Counted from the first letter of the stretch, positions 19,777 through 29,871 are shown. The stretch is DNA of 64,000 nt from Candidatus Latescibacterota bacterium (GCA_965243025.1 CBDETY010000003.1:2336001-2400000); one strand, 5' to 3'. The notes: generated by a model from the sequence alone, not told the origin. Numbers and translations: made by a program.

Positions 19777-21551
19777 GCACCCCGGTCCGCTTCCTGCTGG
19801 CCGCGGCGGCCCTGGCGCCGCTCGCGGCGGTCCCCGCCTCCGGGGGGGACCTCCCTCCCGGGGCCGTCATGATCCTCGGGGCGCCCCTGCTCGCTGTGCT
19901 GCGGGGGCGGCTGCAGCAGCTCTGGCTGCTCGCCCTGCCGGTCCTCAGCTGCGCCCACCTGTTCGCCCTCGAACCGGGATCGTCCGCACAGCTCGCCCTC
20001 TTCGACTACAGCCTCACCGCCGCCCGCGTCGACAAGCTCAGCCTCGCCTTCGGGTACATCTTCGGCATGGCCGCGGTCATCGCGGCGATCTACGCCCTCC
20101 ACCTCAGGGACAGCCTGCAGCACACCTGCGGCGCCATCTACATCGGGGCGGCCACCGGCGCCGTGTTCGCCGGGGACCTGCTCACCCTCTTCGTTTACTG
20201 GGAGCTCACCTCGGTCGCCTCGGTCTTCCTGGTCTGGGCCGGCGGCGGCGAGCGCGCCTTCCGCGCCGGCATGCGCTACCTCCTCGTCCAGGTCGGCTCC
20301 GGCGTGCTGCTGCTGGCCGGCCTTCTGGTCCGTTACGGCGCCACCGGGTCGCTCGCCTTCGACCACCTCGGCGACCCGGGGCCCGGCAACCTCGGCGGCA
20401 CCCTGATCTTCCTCGCCTTCGGCATCAAGTGCGCCTTCCCGTTGCTGCACAACTGGCTGCAGGACGCCTACCCCGAGGCCTCGGTCACCGGCACCGTCGT
20501 CCTCAGCGCCTTCACCACCAAGCTCGCGGTGTACAGCCTCGCCCGCGGCTTCGCCGGCGTCGAGATCCTGGTGCCGATCGGGACGGCGATGACGGTGTTC
20601 CCCGTCTTCTTCGCCGTCATCGAGAACGACCTGCGCCGGGTGCTGGCGTACAGCCTCAACAACCAGCTCGGGTTCATGGTCGTCGGGATCGGCATCGGCA
20701 CCGGGCTGGCCCTGAACGGGGCGGTCTCGCACGCCTTCGTCCACATCATCTACAAGGCGCTGCTGTTCATGTCCGTGGGGGCGGTGCTCTTCCGCACGGG
20801 CACGGCGAAGGCCTCGGAGCTCGGGATGCTCTACAAGTCGATGCCCTGGACCGCGTTCTTCTGCCTGATCGGGGCCGCCTCGATCTCGGCCTTTCCCCTG
20901 TTCAGCGGGTTCGTCACCAAGTCGATGACCCTGGGCGCCGCCGCACAGGAGGGCTGGACGGTCTGCTGGTTCCTGCTCCTCTTCGCCTCGGCGGGGGTGC
21001 TCCACCACTCGGGGATCAAGATCCCCTTCTACGGTTTCTTCGGCCTGCGCGACTCCGGGATCCGCTGCCGGGAAGCCCCTTTCAACATGCTGCTGGCGAT
21101 GGGAATCGCCGCCTTTCTGTGCGTCGCCATCGGCGTGTACCCGCAGCCGCTCTACGACATCCTGCCGTACGAAGTCGAGCATTTCCATGCCTACACCAAA
21201 AGCCACGTGATCACGCAGCTGCAGCTGCTCTTCTTCGCCATGCTCGCCTTCGCCTTCCTGGCGCGGCGCCACCTCGAGACGCCGGAGCTGCCGTCGGTCA
21301 ACCTCGATTTCGACTGGACCTACCGGAAGCTGCTGCCCGGAGCGGTCAGGGGGCTGGCGAAGGCCATGGTCCCGGTGCGGAACCGCCTTCGCGACAACGC
21401 CGGGACGACCGTCCTGGAGCTGACCGCCTTCCTGCAGGAGCACCACGGCCCGGCCGGCATCCTGGGACGCACCTCGCATACGAGCGCCGCGGTCCTCATC
21501 GTCGGGCTGCTGCTGGCGCTGTCGCTGATCCTCTATTTCTCGGGTTCGTAG
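19773..21551 (+). CDS. Na+/H+ antiporter subunit D-family protein (third copy)
   Basis: YWELTS, GIKCAFPLLHNWLQDAYPE, SAFTTK, RRVLAYS, HIIYKALLFM. Confidence 0.9.
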   Translation: MSTPVRFLLAAAALAPLAAVPASGGDLPPGAVMILGAPLLAVLRGRLQQLWLLALPVLSCAHLFALEPGSSAQLALFDYSLTAARVDKLSLAFGYIFGMAAVIAAIYALHLRDSLQHTCGAIYIGAATGAVFAGDLLTLFVYWELTSVASVFLVWAGGGERAFRAGMRYLLVQVGSGVLLLAGLLVRYGATGSLAFDHLGDPGPGNLGGTLIFLAFGIKCAFPLLHNWLQDAYPEASVTGTVVLSAFTTKLAVYSLARGFAGVEILVPIGTAMTVFPVFFAVIENDLRRVLAYSLNNQLGFMVVGIGIGTGLALNGAVSHAFVHIIYKALLFMSVGAVLFRTGTAKASELGMLYKSMPWTAFFCLIGAASISAFPLFSGFVTKSMTLGAAAQEGWTVCWFLLLFASAGVLHHSGIKIPFYGFFGLRDSGIRCREAPFNMLLAMGIAAFLCVAIGVYPQPLYDILPYEVEHFHAYTKSHVITQLQLLFFAMLAFAFLARRHLETPELPSVNLDFDWTYRKLLPGAVRGLAKAMVPVRNRLRDNAGTTVLELTAFLQEHHGPAGILGRTSHTSAAVLIVGLLLALSLILYFSGS

Positions 21552-21611
21552 TACCTGCTTGCGCAGTCCGCGCGAGTTTCGGCCGCCAGGGCCGGCCGCA
21601 GTCGGGACCAC

Positions 21612-22193
21612 CTATTGGCGGGACCGCAAACCGGGCGGAAGCACCTCCGGGTTGCGCTGGCGGTAGAGCTCGAGCCAGTAGAACCCGGCGACGACCAGGG
21701 CGTGGTCGATGTCGCCGCTGCGGATCAGGGTCTCGACCTCTGCCAGGTCCACCTCCTCGACGGCGATCTCCTCGGCGGCGTCGAGCCTGGGCTCCCGCTC
21801 GCGGCGCGCGCCCAGGGCGAGGAAGGTGTGCATGTGGTTGTCCTGGATCGCCGGGTTGGCCGCCACCCTGCCGATGGGGATGATCTCGCCGGCGGCGTAC
21901 CCGGTCTCCTCGAGCAGCTCGCGGCGCGCCGTTTCCCCGTGCGACTCCCCGGCGTCGACCACGCCGCCCGGGATCTCCAGGCTGACCTCCCCGGTACCGT
22001 GGCGGTACTGCCTGATGACGACCACCTTCCCCTCCGGGGTCACCGGGACGACGTTGACCCAGTCCGGCATGCCCAGGACGTAGAAGTCGTGCACGGCCCC
22101 GGTGCGCGGGGACCGGCGCCGCTCCCGGCGGAGGTTGAAGACGCGGAAATCCCCGAGGTCCTCGCTGTCGGTCGTCGGCCAGTGCCCGGTCAT
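21612..22193 (-). CDS. NUDIX hydrolase (ADP-ribose pyrophosphatase-like)
   Basis: RQYRHG..LEIPGGVVDAGESHGETARRELLEETGY Nudix box. Confidence 0.92.
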   Translation of the reverse strand: MTGHWPTTDSEDLGDFRVFNLRRERRRSPRTGAVHDFYVLGMPDWVNVVPVTPEGKVVVIRQYRHGTGEVSLEIPGGVVDAGESHGETARRELLEETGYAAGEIIPIGRVAANPAIQDNHMHTFLALGARREREPRLDAAEEIAVEEVDLAEVETLIRSGDIDHALVVAGFYWLELYRQRNPEVLPPGLRSRQ

Positions 22194-22202
22194 CGGACCG
22201 GC

Positions 22203-23621
22203 TCAGACATCGAGGGCCTCGCGCAGCTGCCTGAGCGCCGCTTCCGGGGTCGACGACACGTCGACGGCGATCGCCCCGGCAGGCATCTCGAGGGTCTCGA
22301 ACTGGCTGCGCAGCAGGCTCTGCGGCATGTAGCGGTGCACGCGCACCGCGAGGCGGGAGGCGATCACCTCTTCGGCGGCGTGCAGGTGGGCGAAGCGGAC
22401 CTCGCCGCGGCCCGCGGCTAGCAGGTCGCGGTACTGCTGCTTCAGGGCGGAGCAGGCGAGGATGCAGCTCTGGCCGCGGTCGATCCGCTCCCCGAGCATG
22501 GCGGCGAGGTGCTCGAGCCAGGGCCGCCGGTCGTCGTCGTCGAGCGGCATTCCGGAGGCCATCTTGGCGACGTTCGCCTCGGGGTGAAAGTCGTCGCCGT
22601 CGAGGAACGGCCATCCGAGCTCGGCCGCCAGCAGCTCCCCTATCGTCGTCTTGCCGCTTCCGGTGACCCCCATCAGCACGAGCGCCACCGGGGGCCCCGG
22701 CGCCTGCAGTACCCTTCGGAAAAACAGTTGCAGCACACGCTGTCCGGCGGCCGACACCGCGCACTCCACCGGGAAACCCGCTCCCTTTTCAAGGCCGAAT
22801 GTTACCCGGCCGCGCGCCTCCCCGGAGGTCTCGACGTCGATCCGGTGGACCTCGGTCTCGCAGAGAGAGCTGTCGATGGCGAAAGCGACGGCGAGCAGGT
22901 CGTGAAGGTGGATGACCGCCCTGCCATGAGTCTCTTCCATGCGCGCCATGCCGGTGCCCGCCGCGGCCTTGCAGAAAACAGCGGCCGGCTTGGGATCGGC
23001 TCCCAGCCGCCGCTGCAGGGCGGGGCGCGACAGCTCGACCTGGCGGGTGGCGTCGAGCGGAACGAGGGTCAGGCGGGCGCCTGAGCGGACGACCGCCTGC
23101 GCCGCCTCCGGGTCGGCGTAGAAGTTGAACTCCGCGCTTGCGGTGACGTTTCCCGGTTCCGCGAGAGCCCCGCCCATGACGACGATCCTTCCGGCGCGCT
23201 TCAGCAGGCCCGGCTCGCGGGCTTCGGCGAGGGCGAGATTGGTCAGGGGGGCCACCGCGATCAGGGTGATCCCGGGCTCCTCCCGCAGGCGGCCCACCAG
23301 GTAGTCGACCGCGTCTCCGGAAGCCCGTCCCATGGGTGGGGCCAGCTCGGCTTCTCCGAGACCTCCGGTCCCGTGGAAGTGCGTGGCGCGCAGGGGCCGG
23401 CGGCGCAGCGGCCTTGCCGCGCCGGCGTACACCGGGATATCGCCGCGGCCGGCCAGCTCGGCGATCCTGAGGGCGTTGGCGACCCCGGCGGACAGGGGCA
23501 CGTTGCCGCTGGCCACGGTAATCCCCCCGACCTCGAGCTCGTGAGAGGCGAGGGCGAGGAGGATGGCCATGGCGTCGTCGACTCCCGGGTCGACGTCGAG
23601 AATTACTTCTTCAGGCGGCAT
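22203..23621 (-). CDS. Fusion: IU-type nucleoside hydrolase + gluconokinase (GntK-like)
   Basis: N-terminal DVDPGVDDA, GNV, AEFNFYADPEAA, LHD. C-terminal LMGVTGSGKTT, DGDDFHP..N..KM..G.PL.D.DR.PWL, ACSALK..YRD, SLLRSQFETLE. Confidence 0.9.
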   Translation of the reverse strand: MPPEEVILDVDPGVDDAMAILLALASHELEVGGITVASGNVPLSAGVANALRIAELAGRGDIPVYAGAARPLRRRPLRATHFHGTGGLGEAELAPPMGRASGDAVDYLVGRLREEPGITLIAVAPLTNLALAEAREPGLLKRAGRIVVMGGALAEPGNVTASAEFNFYADPEAAQAVVRSGARLTLVPLDATRQVELSRPALQRRLGADPKPAAVFCKAAAGTGMARMEETHGRAVIHLHDLLAVAFAIDSSLCETEVHRIDVETSGEARGRVTFGLEKGAGFPVECAVSAAGQRVLQLFFRRVLQAPGPPVALVLMGVTGSGKTTIGELLAAELGWPFLDGDDFHPEANVAKMASGMPLDDDDRRPWLEHLAAMLGERIDRGQSCILACSALKQQYRDLLAAGRGEVRFAHLHAAEEVIASRLAVRVHRYMPQSLLRSQFETLEMPAGAIAVDVSSTPEAALRQLREALDV

Positions 23622-23817
23622 TGGGAAGAGGCTGTTCTGGCTTGCGCACGACCCTGGCCGCGGGCTCGAACAGCGGCAAGGGAGGGGTCATTTGGGGAAG
23701 ATTCCCGAAGTTCGGGACCGGGCGAACCAGGGGCCCGCGCTGCGACCCTGGGGGACCTGCCAATCCGCGGCGGGGCCGTCCGTCGGTCCTGCACCTGAAT
23801 CCCCGGTCCCGGGAATC

Positions 23818-25050
23818 CTATCCCCCGCCCCGGCGAGGGTCAAGCGCCCGCGCCCCCCTGCTGCGATCGAGGGTCTCGGGAACCCAGACCAGCAGGATCG
23901 CCGCCGCCGCCACCCCGACCCCGGAGACGGCGACCGGGGCCGCGGTCAGGCCGAGGAGGTCGGCTACCGGGCCGACGAAAAGGGGGCTGCCGGCGTTGCC
24001 GGCGTCGCCGATGAAGCGCCACACCCCGAGGAACTCGCCGCGGGCATTCCCGGGAGCCAGGTCGGAGCCGAGGGTAAGCATGGTGCCCGAACCGATGCCG
24101 TTGCCGAAGCCGATCAGGACCGCAACCGCGGCGAGGCCGGCGAAGCTGCCGGTCAGGGGAATCGCCGCGATCCCCACGGCCTGCACGAGAAAGCTCGGAA
24201 CCGAGGCGAACTTGCGGCCGAAGCGGTCCATCAGCAGCCCGGCCGGGTAGAACATCAGCATGTCGACGCTGTACGAGAGGCTGGTGACCACCCCGATGTC
24301 GGCGGCGCCGAGGCCGAGCTGGTCGGCGCCGTACAGGGGGATCAGCACGTTGCGGGCCGAGCGGATCAGCGACACGCAGAGGTGGGCGGCGCAGGCCGGC
24401 GCGATGGCGTGGTGCTCCCGGATCATCCGCAGCAGGATCCCCCGGCGGCCCCCACCGCGCTCCCGGCCCGGAGGCTCCGGCCCGTCCCCGGGGATCCACC
24501 GGGCCGCGGCCAGCAGCGCCAGGAAGGTGAGGCCGGCGCAGGCGAGGAAGGGGACGCGCAGGCCGAACGCCGAGGCGAGGAACCCCCCGGCGGCGGGGGT
24601 GAAGAAGGAGGTCACCCGGTTGATCCCCCCCATGAAGGCGCTGGCGCGGCCGCGGCGGTCGCTGCGGATCGCCTCGGCGAGAAAGGAGTGGCGGGAGACG
24701 TTCCACATCGCCGTTCCTATGCCGCCGGCGAACTGCACGGCCACCGCCTCGAAGACCGATTGCACCCACCACAGCGCCAGCAGCGACAGCGAGACGAGCA
24801 GGCCGCCGGCGAGCATGACCCGCTTGCGCCCGAGGCGCCGGATCAGCACCCCGACGGGGAGGTCGGCGGCGAGGTTGCCGCCGGCGCCGGCCGCCAGGAT
24901 CAGGCCGACGGTGGCGTAGGAGTCGGAAAACTCCCCGGCGAACAGGGGCAGAACCGGCAGCAGCAGGCCCCGCGCCAGGCCGTTGATGATCGTGGGGACG
25001 TAGAGGGCCAGCAGCAGCGAGCCGCGGGTCGGGGTACGGCTCCCCGTCAT
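23818..25050 (-). CDS. MFS transporter
   Basis: About 12 TM; GVLIRRLGRKR and GLLMDRFGRK loops. Confidence 0.88.
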   Translation of the reverse strand: MTGSRTPTRGSLLLALYVPTIINGLARGLLLPVLPLFAGEFSDSYATVGLILAAGAGGNLAADLPVGVLIRRLGRKRVMLAGGLLVSLSLLALWWVQSVFEAVAVQFAGGIGTAMWNVSRHSFLAEAIRSDRRGRASAFMGGINRVTSFFTPAAGGFLASAFGLRVPFLACAGLTFLALLAAARWIPGDGPEPPGRERGGGRRGILLRMIREHHAIAPACAAHLCVSLIRSARNVLIPLYGADQLGLGAADIGVVTSLSYSVDMLMFYPAGLLMDRFGRKFASVPSFLVQAVGIAAIPLTGSFAGLAAVAVLIGFGNGIGSGTMLTLGSDLAPGNARGEFLGVWRFIGDAGNAGSPLFVGPVADLLGLTAAPVAVSGVGVAAAAILLVWVPETLDRSRGARALDPRRGGG

Positions 25051-25276
25051 CGACCGCGGATCGCCTCAGACACCAGTGCGGGGCGCCGGGGCCGGTTTCC
25101 TGTCCCCCTGATAAAACCGGTCGATGCAGCCGCCTGGCCCGGCCTGCCGGCAGCCGGTGGAATCAGCCCATCCGGTCGGCCGCGCCTGCGGGGAAACTGT
25201 ATCGACCACCTGCAAAGCCCGGCGCCCTCCCCTTCCTGGAGTTCAGCCCGGGAACGGGCAGGGCCGCTGGACCGGC

Positions 25277-25669
25277 TCAAGCCATCGGCTCGCGGCGTTC
25301 GCACAGCTGCAGGGCGAGCCCCCAGGGGTCGCGCAGCATCGCCATGCGGTCCCCGGAGGCGTTCTCCGAGACCCCGCCGAGAGCGGTGGCCCCGGCCGCG
25401 GTCAGGCGCTCGTGGTCGGCGCGGGCGTCGTCGCTGGCGAAGGCGATGTGCAGCAGCAGCGGGTTCATCGACCCGTAGTCGGGGACCTCGTCCGGCAGGG
25501 CGCGGTAGATCTCGAGCATCAGGCGGCCGCTGCTGTCGGCGAGGAAACGGGTGTCGGCGGGCGGGTCTCCGGCGCGCACGACCTGCATGCCGAGGTGGCG
25601 GCAGTACCAGTCGGTCATGGCGACGGGGTCCTCTACGTTGAGAGCGAAGTGCTCGACGTGAAGTGCCAT
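25277..25669 (-). CDS. VOC/glyoxalase family protein
   Basis: HVEHFALNVED..WYCRHLG, LHIAF, LRDPWGLALQL. Confidence 0.88.
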   Translation of the reverse strand: MALHVEHFALNVEDPVAMTDWYCRHLGMQVVRAGDPPADTRFLADSSGRLMLEIYRALPDEVPDYGSMNPLLLHIAFASDDARADHERLTAAGATALGGVSENASGDRMAMLRDPWGLALQLCERREPMA

Positions 25670-25904
25670 GGAACGGCTCCTCTGAAGGGATAAGGGAAAC
25701 TCCAACAGCCCGCTGAAAAAAACCCATCCGGGATGCCTGCCTGCGGCGGGCAGGCGGCCGGCCCCGGGGGTCCCGCCTGCAAGCGCGACGCGTCAACGGG
25801 ATGACATGCGTTGTCGGTGGAATCGGCGGGCGCTACGTTCTTTTCGATCTCAGGCCGCACGCCTGCGCTGTGTCCGAAAATATAGAAAACCCGCCCCCCG
25901 CCTC

Positions 25905-26951
25905 GTGAAGACCGCCGTACTGCTCTCGGGAGGAGTCGACAGCTCCGTCGCCCTGCGCCTGCTCGTGGAGGAGGGGAAGCACGACCTGCGCGCCTGCTAC
26001 CTGAAGGTCTGGCTCGAGGACGACGCGGTGCTCGCCGGCGGCTGCCCCTGGGAGGAGGACGTCCGCTACGCCCGCGCCGTCTGCGAGCAGCTCGGCGTCC
26101 CCCTCGAGATCGTGCCCCTCCAGGCGGAGTACCTCGAACGCGTTGTCGGCCACGCCCTCGGCGAGCTGAAGGCCGGGCGCACCCCGAGCCCGGACATCCT
26201 CTGCAACCAGCGCATCAAGTTCGGGGCCTTCCTCGAGCGGGTGGGAGACTGCGGCGCGGTCGCCTCCGGGCATTACGCGCGCCTCGGCCGGGAGAACGGC
26301 CGGACCGTCCTGCTGCGCGCCGCCGACCCGGTCAAGGACCAGACCTACTTCCTGTCGAACCTCCGCCAGAACCAAGTGCAGCGACTGCTCTTCCCGATAG
26401 GCCACCTCCAGAAACAGGAAGTCCGGGAACTGGCCGCCCGGTTCGGACTGCCTACGAAGGACCGCAAGGACAGCCAGGGTATCTGCTTCCTCGGCAAGAT
26501 CGACTACCGCGAATTCGTCGCCCGCCGCCTCGGGGAAAGGGAGGGAGCCATCCTCGAGAAGGGGAGCGGCCGCGAGCTGGGCAGGCACCGGGGATTCTGG
26601 TTCTACACCATCGGCCAGCGCTTCGGCCTCGGCCTCGGGGGCGGCCCGTGGTACGTCGTCGCCAAGGACCTCGAGCGCAACCTCGTGTACGTCGCCCACC
26701 GCGACGCCGCCGAAACCCGCCAGCGCCGGCAGTTCCGCGTCGAGCGCCTCAACTGGATTTCCGGGCCGCCGCAGGGGACCGACCTGCAGTGCAAGCTGCG
26801 CCACGGCCCCGGGACGACCGGCTGCCGCATAGATCCCGGGGGCGAGCCGATCGCGGTGACCCTTCAGCGTCCCGACCCGGGGATCGCCAGCGGCCAGCAC
26901 GCCGTGTTCTACGACGGCGAGCGCTGCCTCGGCGGCGGGGTCATCATCTAG
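25905..26951 (+). CDS. mnmA: tRNA 2-thiouridylase
   Basis: SGGVDSSV, TPSPDILCNQRIKF, SGHYA, KDQTYFL, DSQGICFLG, TIGQR. GTG start at 25905. Confidence 0.95.
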   Translation: MKTAVLLSGGVDSSVALRLLVEEGKHDLRACYLKVWLEDDAVLAGGCPWEEDVRYARAVCEQLGVPLEIVPLQAEYLERVVGHALGELKAGRTPSPDILCNQRIKFGAFLERVGDCGAVASGHYARLGRENGRTVLLRAADPVKDQTYFLSNLRQNQVQRLLFPIGHLQKQEVRELAARFGLPTKDRKDSQGICFLGKIDYREFVARRLGEREGAILEKGSGRELGRHRGFWFYTIGQRFGLGLGGGPWYVVAKDLERNLVYVAHRDAAETRQRRQFRVERLNWISGPPQGTDLQCKLRHGPGTTGCRIDPGGEPIAVTLQRPDPGIASGQHAVFYDGERCLGGGVII

Positions 26952-26960
26952 TGCAGAAAC

Positions 26961-27749
26961 GTGACTGAGCCCCATCCCAAACTCCTCGAGCTGCTAGAGG
27001 GGGCTTCCGACATCCTCGTCTTCACCGGCGCCGGAATCTCGACGGTGAGCGGCATCTCGGATTTCCGCGGCCCCCGGGGGGTCTGGAAGACGCGCCGGCC
27101 GGTGTACTACCAGGACTTCATGACCTCGGAACGGGCGCGGGTCGAGGCGTGGGAGTTCAAGCTCGAGAGCTGGGAGCAGTTCCGCGACGCCAGGCCGACC
27201 CCGACCCACGAGGCGATCGTCGAGCTCGAGCGCGCCGGCAAGCTGCTGATGGTGGTGACCCAGAACATCGACGGGCTGCACGGCAAGGCAGGCACCTCCC
27301 GCGGCAAGCTGATCGAGATCCACGGGACCAACTCCGAGATCGAGTGCCAGACCTGCGGCGAACGCTCCGATCCGGAGCCTCACTTCGACCTCTTCAGGGA
27401 AACCGGCCGTCCTCCGCCCTGTCCCTGCGGCGGTTTCCTGAAGTCGGCGACGATCAGCTTCGGCCAGGACCTGGTCGCAGCCGACCTGCGGCGGGCCGCG
27501 GAGATGGCGGCCAGGACCGATCTCGCAGTCGCCCTCGGATCGACCCTGGGAGTGTACCCCGCCGCTTCCATTCCCCTGATGGCCGCCGAACGCGGGGCGC
27601 CCTACGTTATCGTCAATCGCGGCGAGACCGATCAGGACGCGCACCCGGGGGTAACCCTGCGGCTCGAGGGCAGCGTCGACGAGCTGTTCGCGCCTGCGTG
27701 CCGCGAGGCGTGCCGGCAACCCCGGCAGACCGACCGGAAATCGAAATGA
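26961..27749 (+). CDS. cobB: Sir2-family NAD-dependent deacylase
   Basis: TGAGIST.SGI.DFRG, TQNIDGLH, EIHG, CxxC/CxC zinc knuckles, GSTL.VYPAA. Confidence 0.9.
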   Translation: MTEPHPKLLELLEGASDILVFTGAGISTVSGISDFRGPRGVWKTRRPVYYQDFMTSERARVEAWEFKLESWEQFRDARPTPTHEAIVELERAGKLLMVVTQNIDGLHGKAGTSRGKLIEIHGTNSEIECQTCGERSDPEPHFDLFRETGRPPPCPCGGFLKSATISFGQDLVAADLRRAAEMAARTDLAVALGSTLGVYPAASIPLMAAERGAPYVIVNRGETDQDAHPGVTLRLEGSVDELFAPACREACRQPRQTDRKSK

Positions 27750-28510
27750 CCGAACCCGACCTGAAGTCCCTGACCCGGATCCAGCTGGACCAGTTCCACC
27801 AGAAAGGCTTCCTGGTGGCCGGTCCCCTGCTGGAGGAAGGGGAAGTGCGCGAGCTGAGGGAGGAGTACGACCGCCTGTTCGCCGAGGCCCGCGAGACCGC
27901 GAGGATGCGCAACCTCTCCAGCGCCGACGGAGAGGCGACCACCGGGGCGGACGAGGAGATGCTGCAGATCATGCAGATGTGCGAGCGCAGCATCCTCTAC
28001 CGCCGGCTCCTGTACGACGACCGCCTCCTCGACATCGCCGAAGACCTGATCGGCCCCAACCTGCAGCTGTTTCACGACCAGGCCCTGTACAAGCCTCCCC
28101 GCCACGGCGGCCCCATCCACTGGCACCAGGACAACGGCTACTGGAAGTGCCTGCCGGCGAACCTCGTCAGCTGCTGGCTGACCCTCGACGACGTCGACGT
28201 CCACAACGGCGCCATGCACCTGATCCCCGGATCGCACCTGCGGCCGGAACGGCACGAGCGCCAGGAGGGGACGCCGCTGTTCGACCTCGGCGGCCAGGTC
28301 GACGCGGAGCGGGCCGAGGTGGTCGAGCTGCCGGCGGGAGGGGTGATGTTCCACCACTGCCAGGCCCTGCACCACACCCCGCGCAACAGAACCGACCGCG
28401 AGCGCCGCGCCTTCGCCATTCACTACATGAACCCGGGAACCCGCTCCCTCAGGGACGGCGAGTACATGCCGGTGAGCTTCTCGCGGCCGCTGCTCAGGAG
28501 CCGCATGTAG
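27746..28510 (+). CDS. PhyH family Fe/2OG oxygenase
   Basis: ATG at 27746 overlaps the Sir2 stop; WHQDNGYW, NGAMHLIPGSH, LHHTPRNRT.RRA. Confidence 0.9.
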   Translation: MTEPDLKSLTRIQLDQFHQKGFLVAGPLLEEGEVRELREEYDRLFAEARETARMRNLSSADGEATTGADEEMLQIMQMCERSILYRRLLYDDRLLDIAEDLIGPNLQLFHDQALYKPPRHGGPIHWHQDNGYWKCLPANLVSCWLTLDDVDVHNGAMHLIPGSHLRPERHERQEGTPLFDLGGQVDAERAEVVELPAGGVMFHHCQALHHTPRNRTDRERRAFAIHYMNPGTRSLRDGEYMPVSFSRPLLRSRM

Positions 28511-28521
28511 AGGGGGACGGC

Positions 28522-29019
28522 ATGAAACAGTACCACTCCCGCATGGACTTCCTGACCGTCCTGATCAACCTGCTGGCGGTCTTCATCATCGACGCGGCGG
28601 CCCTGTTCGCCTCGTCGAAGGCGCTGGTGCGGGAAACCGGGCTCACCTCGTTCGGCCTCTTCATCGGGGCGGTCGCCGCGCCGGTCGCCCTGCTGCTCTT
28701 CTTCTTCCCGGTGCGCTACTTCCTCGGCGATTCCCAGCTCGTCGTCCGCAGCGGTATCCTGCGCTGGCGCATCCCGGTCGAGAACATCCTCCGCGCCGTG
28801 CGCCTGCGCAGCATCGTTCCGTCTCCGGCGCTGTCGCTGGAACGGATCCGCGTCGACTACTCGAAGGGGAGCCGCGTCCGGCGGATCTTCCTGTCGCCGG
28901 CGGACCGCACCGGGTTCCTCAACGACCTCGCCATGCTCGACCGCGGGCTCCACCACGACCAGAACGGCCTCGTGAGACTGGCAGGCAGGATCATGCCGCT
29001 CCAGGGCCGGGCCCGCTGA
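28522..29019 (+). CDS. Membrane protein with bacterial PH domain
   Basis: Two TM helices followed by LVVRSG..RIPV..I and SPALSLERI..Y..SP. Confidence 0.7.
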   Translation: MKQYHSRMDFLTVLINLLAVFIIDAAALFASSKALVRETGLTSFGLFIGAVAAPVALLLFFFPVRYFLGDSQLVVRSGILRWRIPVENILRAVRLRSIVPSPALSLERIRVDYSKGSRVRRIFLSPADRTGFLNDLAMLDRGLHHDQNGLVRLAGRIMPLQGRAR

Positions 29020-29034
29020 ACCCCGCCTGTTCCC

Positions 29035-29871
29035 CTACCCGGGCAGCTGCGCCCAGGCGGTCACGTGAACCGGCAGGGCGAGCGGGCATTTCGACGCCGC
29101 CACTTCCCGACGCACCCGGTCCGCCAGGGTGTCGACATCGACCTCCTCCGCGGTGGCGATCCCGAACTGCACGAGGAGCGGCAGCAGGCTGCCGAAACTG
29201 GCCGCGGCGTACGGAAACCCGGCCCAGCTCTCCGGACCCCCGACCGGGGCTTCGAAATGCATGAACGGCGCCGGCAGGCCGGCATCGACGAAGGTGCGGT
29301 ACAGGTCGAACCCCATGCCGACATGCGCCCCGGAACGCTCGAACACCTCGATAACCCAGTCGATCAGCTTGTTGGCCACGGGGGTCTCGGGACGATGCAT
29401 GCTCCGGTAGATGTTGAAGTCCGCCTCCTGGAAGGCGGCGACCCCGCCCGGGCGCACGCGGGCGGCGAGCTGTTTCAGGGCCTCGGCCGGATCGGCCATG
29501 TACATCAGGACCAGGCGGCCGATCAGGGCGTCGAAGCCGTCCCCGAGATCGAGGGTGCGGGCGTCCCCGGCGATGAACTCGACGTTCTCCAATCCGGCTG
29601 CACCCGCCCGCTCCCGGGCCGTCTCGAGGATTCCCGGGTTGACGTCGACGCCGACGACCGAGCCTTGCGGGCCGACCAGGTCCGCGGCCGCAGTCGCCAC
29701 CTCCCCGGTGCCGCTGCCGACGTCGAGCACCCTCATGCCGCTGCGCAGGCCCGCCTCCCTGAGAAAGCGCCGGGTCACGGCGTCGTAGAGCTGGGACTGC
29801 TGAATCAGGCGATCCTCCTCCTCCTTGCTGCGTCCCATCGTATATATCGCATCGTTTTTCGACTCGCTCAT
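29035..29871 (-). CDS. Class I SAM-dependent methyltransferase
   Basis: RVLDVGSGTG, GVDVN, FDALIGRLVLMY, RPGG. ATG at 29871 follows an AAGGAG RBS. Confidence 0.9.
   Translation of the reverse strand: MSESKNDAIYTMGRSKEEEDRLIQQSQLYDAVTRRFLREAGLRSGMRVLDVGSGTGEVATAAADLVGPQGSVVGVDVNPGILETARERAGAAGLENVEFIAGDARTLDLGDGFDALIGRLVLMYMADPAEALKQLAARVRPGGVAAFQEADFNIYRSMHRPETPVANKLIDWVIEVFERSGAHVGMGFDLYRTFVDAGLPAPFMHFEAPVGGPESWAGFPYAAASFGSLLPLLVQFGIATAEEVDVDTLADRVRREVAASKCPLALPVHVTAWAQLPG

Noticed and set aside
25703-25755. AACAGCCCGCTGAAAAA and the palindrome GCCTGCCTGCGGCGGGCAGGC as a MITE/REP
   Set aside because: Only weak partial echoes elsewhere (about 2098 and 61635) and no matching opposite end in the window.
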